Shown: one piece after another, positions 6,954 through 13,812 of the stretch
How positions within the stretch are numbered: position 1 is the stretch's first letter
How the letters are laid out: the number at the start of each line of letters is the position of its first letter
Notes under the pieces: generated by a model
Told to the model about the DNA's origin: nothing
The model's database searches: none
Seen by the model: the letters and a program-made list of their open reading frames with translations, nothing else
Made by a program: the position numbers and the translations under genes
Assembly (NCBI GenBank): GCA_046757165.1
Contig: JBHHXT010000086.1
Span: forward strand, 1-19,207
Direction: 5' to 3'
Origin: a bacterium
GTDB lineage: Bacteria > Zhuqueibacterota > Zhuqueibacteria > Oceanimicrobiales > Oceanimicrobiaceae
DNA: 19,207 bases

Positions 6954-8273
6954 TCAGAAGTTCAACCTCGGCATTCCTCGAAGCCCAAACTTGCTCATGC
7001 GCTTAACCATCTTCTGCATCATCCTGAACTGGTTGAGCAGCTTGTTAACCTCCTGCACGCTGGTGCCGCTGCCTTTCGCAATCCGTTTTCTGCGGCTGCC
7101 GTTGATGATATTGGGACGGCGCCGTTCTTCCGGTGTCATGGAGTTGATGATCGCTTCGACATAAATCAAAGCCTTCTCGTCCACCTGCAGACCATTGATG
7201 GCTTTGCCGCCCAACCCCGGGATCATCTTGATCAGCTCATCCAGGGGGCCCATATTCTTGATTTGCTGCAACTGGTCGTAAAAGTCCTCCAGAGTGAACT
7301 CTTGTCGCCGCAGTTTCTTTTCTAATTTTCTTGCTTTGTCCTCATCAACGGCTTGTTGCGCTTTTTCCACCAGCGTCACGACATCCCCCATGCCCAGAAT
7401 TCTCGAGGCCATGCGGTCCGGGTGAAATTTTTCAAGCGCGTCAAGCTTCTCGCCCACGCTGATGAACTTGATCGGTCTACCGGTCATTGCGCGAATGGAC
7501 AACGCCGCGCCCCCGCGAGCGTCCCCGTCCAGTTTGGTCAAAACAACTCCGGTAAAGTCTAACCGCTGCAGAAATTCCTGCGCGGTGTTGACTGCATCCT
7601 GGCCGGTCATCCCGTCGGCGACAAAGAAGATTTCGTGTGGTTGGGTCTCATCCTTGATCTGCGAAAGCTCACTCATGAGCGTCTCGTCGATGTGTAAGCG
7701 GCCTGCTGTGTCCAGAATCACGACATCGTTGACCGACTTGCGGGCATGATGCACGGCCTGCGCGCAAATCTTCACTGGCGTACTTTCCAGATCAGCGAGA
7801 ACGCTGACTCCGACCTGATTCGCCACAACCCTTAATTGCTCGACCGCAGCAGGACGCTGCAAGTCGGCCGCAACCAGCAGTGGGCTGCGACCGCGACTCT
7901 TGAAGTATTTCGCCAGCTTGCCGGCCAGGGTTGTCTTGCCACACCCCTGCAAACCCACCAGCATAATGACCGTTGGCGGCATGCTCGCTTCTTTGATGCC
8001 GGAATCGGTGTCCCCCATCAAATGCGCCAGCTCATCATGCAAGATTTTGATCACTTGCTGCGCCGGTGTGACGCTCTTGAGCACCTGCTCGCCGAGTGCT
8101 CTGGACTGCACACCCGCGACAAACGCCTTGGCAACTTTGAAGTTGACATCGGCCTCCAACAACACGCGCCGGATTTCACGCATGGTGTCCGCGATGTTCT
8201 TATCGCTCAGCTTGCCGTGACCGCGCAGCTTCTTGAAGACGCCCTCGAATTTGTCAGTCAGGTCTTGAAACAT
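6954..8273 (-). CDS. ffh: Signal recognition particle protein Ffh
   Basis: LLEADVNFKV, GLQGCGKTT P-loop, DTAGR, DGMTGQDAV, TKLDGDARGGAALS, FHPDRMASRILGMGD; M-domain AIINSMTPEERRRP...SRRKRIAKGSG. Confidence 0.99.
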   Translation of the reverse strand: MFQDLTDKFEGVFKKLRGHGKLSDKNIADTMREIRRVLLEADVNFKVAKAFVAGVQSRALGEQVLKSVTPAQQVIKILHDELAHLMGDTDSGIKEASMPPTVIMLVGLQGCGKTTLAGKLAKYFKSRGRSPLLVAADLQRPAAVEQLRVVANQVGVSVLADLESTPVKICAQAVHHARKSVNDVVILDTAGRLHIDETLMSELSQIKDETQPHEIFFVADGMTGQDAVNTAQEFLQRLDFTGVVLTKLDGDARGGAALSIRAMTGRPIKFISVGEKLDALEKFHPDRMASRILGMGDVVTLVEKAQQAVDEDKARKLEKKLRRQEFTLEDFYDQLQQIKNMGPLDELIKMIPGLGGKAINGLQVDEKALIYVEAIINSMTPEERRRPNIINGSRRKRIAKGSGTSVQEVNKLLNQFRMMQKMVKRMSKFGLRGMPRLNF

Positions 8274-8301
8274 GCCCGCGTTTTCTGGTCAAAAGCAGAA
8301 T

Positions 8302-8310
8302 TGTGGATAA
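8302..8310 (-). promoter_or_regulatory. Perfect DnaA box (TTATCCACA) upstream of ffh
   Basis: TGTGGATAA on the + strand, 28 nt upstream of the ffh start. It is a single copy. Confidence 0.35.
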
Positions 8311-8363
8311 GTCTATGAATTTCAAGTAAATACCGATGCTTGCTCCCAAGGGTTGAGCATGGC

Positions 8364-8392
8364 AATATAACCAAATGTGGCGCAAAATGCAA
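8364..8392 (-). promoter_or_regulatory. Putative sigma70 promoter of the ffh operon
   Basis: Minus strand TTGCAT (8392-8387)-N17-TATATT (8369-8364). Confidence 0.5.
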
Positions 8393-8436
8393 CATAATTT
8401 TTGAAAATAGTCGGGATGAAGAAAGAATTGATCTCC

Positions 8437-8465
8437 TTGCTTTTCTGCTCTGCGGGTCATAAATT
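8437..8465 (+). promoter_or_regulatory. Putative sigma70 promoter of the ECF sigma gene (leaderless geometry)
   Basis: TTGCTT (8437-8442)-N17-TAAATT (8460-8465); only 8 nt separate it from the ATG; no SD. Confidence 0.45.
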
Positions 8466-8473
8466 TATTCGGT

Positions 8474-9043
8474 ATGAGTTCATCTAAACCTCCCTCGACA
8501 AACGACCAGTCCCTCGAAGCGCTGAGGCGAGGGGAGCGTGAGGTTCTGCACCAGCTCTTTCGGGATTTGCAGCCGCGGCTGTACCGATTTGTCTGGCTCA
8601 AGACAAAGTCTGTTGAAGTGGCCGAAGACATCGTGCAGGAAACCTTTCTCAGAGTGTGGCGTGCTCGCAAGAAGCTGAAAACCGGAACCCGGCTTGCAAC
8701 GTTCGTTTTTCGCATCGGCAACAATCTCGCCACAGACCATGTGCGCAGAGATGAGCGCCACAAAGATCTGGACCAGCAGAATCCGGAGGCGGCTGGCGTT
8801 CCCTCTGCAGCTGAGGAACAAGCCGAGTACAACCAGCTCACCCAAATCATCGACCGCATCGTCTCCTCTTTGCCAGATGCTCAGCGCACTGCTTTCCTGC
8901 TCAGTCGCTATGAGAACCTGCAGCACAAAGAGATTGCGGAGGTGATGGACATCTCTGTCAGGACGGTTGAGAAGCATGTCGGCAAGGCGTTACAGACTTT
9001 GAAAGAAAAGCTCAGCGCGTTTGATATTGTTTTGCCTTCCTGA
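8474..9043 (+). CDS. ECF RNA polymerase sigma-70 factor (FecI-like)
   Basis: Region 2: AEDIVQETFLRVW...FVFRIGNNLATDHVR. Region 4: LPDAQRTAFLLSRYENLQHKEIAEVMDISVRTVEKHVGKAL. Followed by fecR. Confidence 0.97.
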   Translation: MSSSKPPSTNDQSLEALRRGEREVLHQLFRDLQPRLYRFVWLKTKSVEVAEDIVQETFLRVWRARKKLKTGTRLATFVFRIGNNLATDHVRRDERHKDLDQQNPEAAGVPSAAEEQAEYNQLTQIIDRIVSSLPDAQRTAFLLSRYENLQHKEIAEVMDISVRTVEKHVGKALQTLKEKLSAFDIVLPS

Positions 9044-9057
9044 AGAGGGGCACTTTG

Positions 9058-9336
9058 GGACGCAGAGCAACACTGATAAACGCAGATAAATCCTGGCGCG
9101 ATAAGTCGCAAATCCCAAATGGCCAACTCCCAAATAAATTCCAAATCTCGAGCTCCAAACTTCTTCGGTGGATTGCGTGAGCGTTCCTCATGTTCCGGCC
9201 CCAGGACTCCGAGTTTGGAGTTCAAATTAGTTTATTCCTGAACCCGTCAGGAACAGGTTTGAAAGTTGGGATTTGGTTATTGCGATCTTTTTTTGCAAAA
9301 AAGTGCAAAGGTTCATCTGTAATACTGGCAGCGTCC
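9058..9336. repeat. Nested palindromic repeat elements between the sigma and anti-sigma genes
   Basis: Outer GGACGC (9058-9063)/GCGTCC (9331-9336) with three decamers at 9060-9089; CAAATCCCAA (9109-9118)/TTGGGATTTG (9266-9275); GAGCTCCAAACT (9150-9161)/AGTTTGGAGTTC (9212-9223); TTCCTGA/TCAGGAA (9235-9253). Confidence 0.65.
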
Positions 9337-9437
9337 TGGAAAATGCGTAGTTAAGTTAACTCAAAGAAAAACAGATTTTTCCATGCCGTTTATTCGTGCA
9401 CCATGCAAAAAAAATAAAATATTTTCATCTTTCATAT

Positions 9438-9485
9438 GGGGGTTGAGGCCTTCTTATTCGTTTATATATATAGGGACACGAATAA
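9438..9485 (+). promoter_or_regulatory. Candidate ECF-dependent promoter upstream of fecR
   Basis: GGGGGTT (9438-9444)...CGTTT (9459-9463) followed by an AT-rich tract; overlapping 8-bp inverted repeat TTATTCGT (9454-9461)/ACGAATAA (9478-9485). Confidence 0.35.
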
Positions 9486-9498
9486 AAACTTAATAATC

Positions 9499-10512
9499 AT
9501 GACCAATCACCAATCCTTTGACATCAACCATTATTTCTTGCGCTGGCAAGATGGACGGCTCAGCTCCGCAGAGAAGAAAGAGTTGCAGGAGTGGTTGACC
9601 GAGCCGGAAAACGGGAAAGCCTGGGACAGGCTGCAAGCTGTCTGGCATGCCGCGGGCGTGCTGCCGGTTCCGCAAGGCACGTCACAGGATGCCCAGTGGA
9701 AGATGCTCGTGAACCGGTTGGACGCCCAGGAGAGCGCAGCACAGGCCGTAGCGACAAAAGATTCTGCTGTGGCCAGATGGCTGGGGGCCATTCCCGTGCC
9801 GCTGGCAAGGTTCGCAGCCGCAGCCGGCGTTGCCGTTTTGGTGCTGATTCTGGCCTACCAGTCCGACTTTCCGGGAGCCGGTTTGCAGGCCGTAACGGTC
9901 CCTTTAGGGCAACAGATCGAGCTGACCTTGCAGGACGGCTCTCAGGTCCATCTCAACGCCGGCTCCACGCTTGAATATCCGAAAAAATTCAACTCCGAGG
10001 TGAGACAAGTATGGCTAAAAGGGGAGGGGTACTTTGCAGTACACCCCGACCACGACCCTTTTGTAGTAGAGACCGCCCAGGCCCGTACACGGGTTCTAGG
10101 CACGGAATTCAATGTCCGGACCTGGGACTCTGCTACAGAGGTGTTTGTGACCTCGGGAAGAGTGGCAGTTCATTCACACAACGCTGTGCAAGCGTCGGAA
10201 GCAGAAGTGCTTCCGGGACAATTGGCTATCTGCAATGATGGGCCAATTACAGTACAACCCACTGAGCCAGGCGCCCTGCTATCATGGCGGCAGGGCCGCC
10301 TGGTTTTTGTCAACCGGCCGCTTGCTTCAGCCCTGGGGGATATCGAACGGATGTATGAAGCGAAAATCTCTGCCGCACCATCGTTGCGAAATCTTTCCAT
10401 ATCGGCGACCTTTGCCAAAGAGCCTGTTGAGACCATCGTTGAAACCCTGGCGGCGACCCTGAACGCCAGAGTCGAACGCACCGGTGAGGGCTACCGGTTG
10501 ACCCCCAAATAA
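9499..10512 (+). CDS. FecR family anti-sigma factor
   Basis: N-terminal LSSAEKKELQEWL..PEN; TM helix FAAAAGVAVLVLILAY; LTLQDGSQVHLNAGSTLEYP, VWLKGEGYFAV, TRVLGTEFNV, SWRQGRLVFVNRPL. ATG 9499 is preferred over 9436, whose extension covers the putative promoter. Confidence 0.95.
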   Translation: MTNHQSFDINHYFLRWQDGRLSSAEKKELQEWLTEPENGKAWDRLQAVWHAAGVLPVPQGTSQDAQWKMLVNRLDAQESAAQAVATKDSAVARWLGAIPVPLARFAAAAGVAVLVLILAYQSDFPGAGLQAVTVPLGQQIELTLQDGSQVHLNAGSTLEYPKKFNSEVRQVWLKGEGYFAVHPDHDPFVVETAQARTRVLGTEFNVRTWDSATEVFVTSGRVAVHSHNAVQASEAEVLPGQLAICNDGPITVQPTEPGALLSWRQGRLVFVNRPLASALGDIERMYEAKISAAPSLRNLSISATFAKEPVETIVETLAATLNARVERTGEGYRLTPK

Positions 10513-10573
10513 ATACGCTGACCCGGCCATCGACGCACCTGCGAACTCACAAGATGGTCGACCTGCAAGCCTA

Positions 10574-10683
10574 TTCAGGTAGATAGGCTGTAGACTTTTA
10601 GGCTGAAGGAAGAATCCATGAGAGATCATGCGAAACTTCGAACTTTTGAGCTAGCCTGACATCCTACAGTCTAAACACCTGAA
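10574..10683. mobile_element. Inverted-repeat-bounded cassette remnant (internally deleted four-helix-bundle element)
   Basis: Left arm TTCAGGTAGATAGGCTGTAG (10574-10593) matches the reverse complement of the right arm (10664-10683), TTCAGGTGTTTAGACTGTAG, at 16/20; the arms enclose an RBS and a 13-codon ORF. Confidence 0.6.
10618..10659 (+). pseudogene. N-terminal fragment of a four helix bundle protein (23S rRNA intervening-sequence protein family)
   Basis: Translates to MRDHAKLRTFELA*, resembling the recalled family start MRDHxKLRAFELAD; AAGGA RBS at 10606-10610. Confidence 0.65.
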
Positions 10684-10699
10684 AGTTACAAAAAAACAG

Positions 10700-10738
10700 T
10701 TGAATGTTACGCGAAAATAATTGTATCTTACAATACAA
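10700..10738 (+). promoter_or_regulatory. Putative promoter with an overlapping palindrome upstream of the TonB-dependent receptor
   Basis: TTGAAT (10700-10705)-N18-TATCTT (10724-10729); TTGTAT-N6-ATACAA (10721-10738). Confidence 0.35.
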
Positions 10739-10791
10739 GTAATAGCTTCCAATCTGAGCCATGGTCTAAACAGAAGTGCACTGACAGCCTT

Positions 10792-13245
10792 ATGTGGAGA
10801 AAGATAAGGTATGTTGCAAAGAGTCAGTTGATCACGCTCTTTGTATTTGCCCTGCTATTCTGGGCTAGCCAGCCCGCTTTTAGCAAGCACAAAGTCGTGA
10901 GATTTACCGCCCGCCATCAGCCATTAGGGCAGGTACTGGCGACGATCCAGGCACAGAGCGGCATTCGTCTGGTCTACGTCAACTCCGTCGTCGACTCATT
11001 CAAAGTCTTGCGAAGATTTGATGACATGCCGTATGACGCGGTGAGAAAGTCCCTGCTTGGCACCCCTCTGGACTTCATTCAAAAGTCGCGAGATCTCTGG
11101 GTCATTGTCCCGCGTTCCGAAACGCTCGACTTGCCAGCCGTCCTCGCCGGCAAAATTACAGATATCTATTCTCAACAGCCCGTCGCAGGCGTCAATGTTT
11201 TCATCGAGAATTCGAATCTGGGGGCGACCTCAAACTCGAATGGTGTCTTTGAGCTGCGAGACATTCCCCCCGGACGCAGCAGCATCCACGTGAGGCGAAT
11301 CGGCTACCATGATGTGGAGCTGGAGCTGGCCATCCGCGGCAATGCCAGAAATAGAGTCGAGATCGCGCTCGAACCCAAACCGGTGCCAACGCAGGAAGTG
11401 GTGGTCGAGGAAGCCTCTATTCCGACGGAAAACATAGCCGTCCTGACCAGACAAACCTTGACCCGGGCGCAACTGCAAACTCCTCCACTGGCCAACGATG
11501 GCGAGGTTTTCGAGATTCTGCACCAGCAGCCGGGCGTCTCCAGGCGCGACATGGACGATGTGTTTCCGCACATCGAGGGCGGCAGCGCGACCGAAGTCGG
11601 CGTCGAGCTCGACGGCATGCCGATTTATGTCCCAACTTTCGGCCAGAATCGGCGCAGTGTGTTTGCGGCCTCTATCATCGATAACTTGACCTTGTACCGC
11701 TCAGGTTTCGGGGTCGAGCATGGCGATGCCATGTCCGGGGTGGTTGCGCTCAGAACAACGGAAATAGAGCAGATCCCGTACTCGATTTACACCAGCGCAA
11801 GTTTGACCGGCCTGGCCCTTAACTACAAAAAGAACACCCGGAAGATTGGAGTCACCGGCGTCTGGAGAAACGGCAAGTTCGACAACGGCCTCAGGTTTGA
11901 CCGCTGGCAAGGGTTCGATTGGTTCAACAAACTCGAGTATAGACCGGCGCAAAGTCACAAGGTGACGTTCCTCGCTCTCATCAGTCGCGGGTCGCTTACC
12001 CAGAGCAACAGTCTGAGCAGTGAGCAGTTGTTCAGCCAGAATCTTGGCCTTCGCTATGAGTTTGGCCCGCGCAAATCAAGCCACTTTTCTGCGCTCGGTT
12101 ACACCTCCAGGCTCAATGAGCAGCAGAAAGAAATAGGCTTCAGGCTAAAATACAAGAGCCGAGTCAACCGCTTCTTACGCGCGACGGTTGGGGTGGACTA
12201 TACCGACCTCGAAAGCCACGGGACGGTGGTGCTGGACAGCCTGGAGCACTACAAAGTGGCGCGGGACATTGCGCTGCCCGGTGATTCTACCGGCAGCTTT
12301 TACCTGCCGATTGCAACCAACCCCTCAGACTTGTTTTCTCAGCGGGCCACGATCTTGTCTCCCTACATCGGGATTGACCTCGAGCAACCGTTGTGGTGTT
12401 TGACTGCCGGCGTGCGCATGCCGGCCGACTTGACTTCTGGCCGGCTCTACCCCGAGCCCAGGACGACCTTGACCATCACGCTGGGCCAGCAATTGAACGT
12501 GGCCTTTTCCAAGGGTCGCTACTACCAGTTCACCGATCGGAGTTATGCTTCGGAGGCCAAATCCGGCGACCATCTCGGGCGTGGTGAGTTCTTGATCAAA
12601 ACCGCAGCCGAGCAGCCGTCCCGCGCAGACCATTTTCGCGCTGAGGCGACGTTGCGCCTGACACCTGGCGTCACCGCTTCTGTGGCCTATTTTGACAAGA
12701 AGTACGATTTTCGCGATCGTGCTTATTTGTCCCGCATCAATCGCTGGTTCTGGATCCTTCCGCTCAAAAGCGGCAGAAGCCGGGGGTATGAATACTGGCT
12801 TGCGAAGACGGCAGGACCGCTCCAGGGGTGGGTGAGTTACACGCTGAACAATCAGGTGTACCGAAGCGAGGACGGTACCTTTTTCCGACCTTATTTCAAC
12901 CGCGACAAGATTCTCAATTTCTCCATGACTTACTATCTCCCGGGTGGCTTGCAGCTCAAAGGACAGTACCTGCGCGCCACCGGCTATCCAGCGCGCGATT
13001 GGAGTCCGGAACGGGTCATCATCTCACGCGAAAATACGCCGGAGGTGTTTGCGCGTAAATTCATGACCCGGGACGTACGGTTTGGCTCGAGAAGGCAGTA
13101 CGCCCTCGGCTTGACCTGGAACTTCTCTGCTGCCTTCGCGCGGGAAAGCCGATTGAATCTGGTGGCCGTTCAATCATTCGATGAAGGCGGCACCGGACTG
13201 CACCACACGCTCCGCTTCTGGGCCTCCATCATATTTACAAATTGA
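10792..13245 (+). CDS. TonB-dependent receptor/transducer (signal peptide, STN-like domain, CarboxypepD_reg-like domain, plug, beta-barrel)
   Basis: STN-like QPLGQVLATIQAQSGIRLVY; GKITDIYSQQPVAGVNVFI...GATSNSNGVFELRDIPPG...RIGY; plug LHQQPGVS...IEGGS...LDGMPIY...GFGVEHGDAMSGVV; barrel segments PEPR, GRSRGYE, GWVSYT. Confidence 0.92.
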   Translation: MWRKIRYVAKSQLITLFVFALLFWASQPAFSKHKVVRFTARHQPLGQVLATIQAQSGIRLVYVNSVVDSFKVLRRFDDMPYDAVRKSLLGTPLDFIQKSRDLWVIVPRSETLDLPAVLAGKITDIYSQQPVAGVNVFIENSNLGATSNSNGVFELRDIPPGRSSIHVRRIGYHDVELELAIRGNARNRVEIALEPKPVPTQEVVVEEASIPTENIAVLTRQTLTRAQLQTPPLANDGEVFEILHQQPGVSRRDMDDVFPHIEGGSATEVGVELDGMPIYVPTFGQNRRSVFAASIIDNLTLYRSGFGVEHGDAMSGVVALRTTEIEQIPYSIYTSASLTGLALNYKKNTRKIGVTGVWRNGKFDNGLRFDRWQGFDWFNKLEYRPAQSHKVTFLALISRGSLTQSNSLSSEQLFSQNLGLRYEFGPRKSSHFSALGYTSRLNEQQKEIGFRLKYKSRVNRFLRATVGVDYTDLESHGTVVLDSLEHYKVARDIALPGDSTGSFYLPIATNPSDLFSQRATILSPYIGIDLEQPLWCLTAGVRMPADLTSGRLYPEPRTTLTITLGQQLNVAFSKGRYYQFTDRSYASEAKSGDHLGRGEFLIKTAAEQPSRADHFRAEATLRLTPGVTASVAYFDKKYDFRDRAYLSRINRWFWILPLKSGRSRGYEYWLAKTAGPLQGWVSYTLNNQVYRSEDGTFFRPYFNRDKILNFSMTYYLPGGLQLKGQYLRATGYPARDWSPERVIISRENTPEVFARKFMTRDVRFGSRRQYALGLTWNFSAAFARESRLNLVAVQSFDEGGTGLHHTLRFWASIIFTN

Positions 13246-13324
13246 GGCCAGGATTCCGGCCCGGGTCTCTCTCACAAGTTTTCTATTTTGTCCCCATAAA
13301 CGCTCTATCGCGACTGTCGCTCCG

Positions 13325-13405
13325 ATTTGCCCTGCGGGCATCATTGAGCAAGAAAGGACCCAATGACGCCCGCAGGGCAAATGACGACGCGAAGCGCTAA
13401 ATGAC
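13325..13405. repeat. 22-bp inverted repeat with AATGAC-spaced mini-hairpins
   Basis: ATTTGCCCTGCGGGCATCATTG (13325-13346)/CAATGACGCCCGCAGGGCAAAT (13361-13382), 21/22 match; AATGAC occurs three times (13362, 13380, 13400). Confidence 0.75.
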
Positions 13406-13534
13406 TTTTTCGGCAGCGAAGTCTGCGAAAAAATCTAGCCTTTACACACCTGGAGTGTATCAAATTGGGCCATTCTTTTGCAAGAGGGCAAAACCCTGGC
13501 GGGTCGCAAGCTCAGGCCAGGGCGATTTTGCTGC

Positions 13535-13547
13535 TAAGTGCTTGATT
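13535..13547 (-). promoter_or_regulatory. IHF-binding consensus site
   Basis: Minus strand AATCAAGCACTTA fits WATCAA-N4-TTR exactly. Confidence 0.55.
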
Positions 13548-13587
13548 TTTTGGAGATGAAGAGTCTGGCTCAGAAAGGCCAACGGGT

Positions 13588-13604
13588 TTGGCATGCAAGT
13601 TGAA
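13588..13604 (+). promoter_or_regulatory. Putative sigma54 (-24/-12) promoter
   Basis: TTGGCATGCAAGTTGAA: GG-N10-GA against the consensus TGGCAC-N5-TTGC; IHF site about 40 bp upstream. Confidence 0.45.
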
Positions 13605-13701
13605 GCTTGTTTTGAGGCTTGGCGGCATGACTTTTCCCCCTGGCGAGAGTATCGGTCGGGTCGGGCACTGCCGCTGTTGATCGAGATGCACAAATAAAGT
13701 C

Positions 13702-13730
13702 TTGCAATTCTCATCAGTAAAGCTTAATTT
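13702..13730 (+). promoter_or_regulatory. Putative sigma70 promoter
   Basis: TTGCAA (13702-13707)-N17-TAATTT (13725-13730). Confidence 0.45.
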
Positions 13731-13812
13731 TAAAATTTGAGAGAGTGAGATCAGCAATTTTTGTGACAATTTCATGATAATTTGCTGGTTGCGAGTTGTC
13801 TAGTATTTTGAG

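Noticed and set aside
9058..9336. CRISPR array
   Set aside because: The repeats are 7-10 nt, degenerate and inverted, with no regular spacers and no cas genes.
9436..9498. Longer FecR N-terminus from ATG 9436
   Set aside because: The extension runs over an AT-rich, promoter-like tract; FecR-like sequence begins after ATG 9499.
10574..10683. Diversity-generating retroelement (because of the bAvd-like fold of the stub)
   Set aside because: No reverse transcriptase and no TR/VR pair seen in the window.
13484..13531. Cyclic di-GMP-I (GEMM) riboswitch resemblance (GGGCAAAACC...GGGTCGCAAGC)
   Set aside because: No GNRA-capped helix or tetraloop receptor. The segment folds better as a simple CCCTGGC/GCCAGGG hairpin and lies upstream of the predicted promoters. 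An Rfam scan would settle it.
13460..13775. 84-aa and 87-aa minus-strand ORFs in the long spacer
   Set aside because: No RBS or recognisable motifs; the region is better explained by promoter elements.
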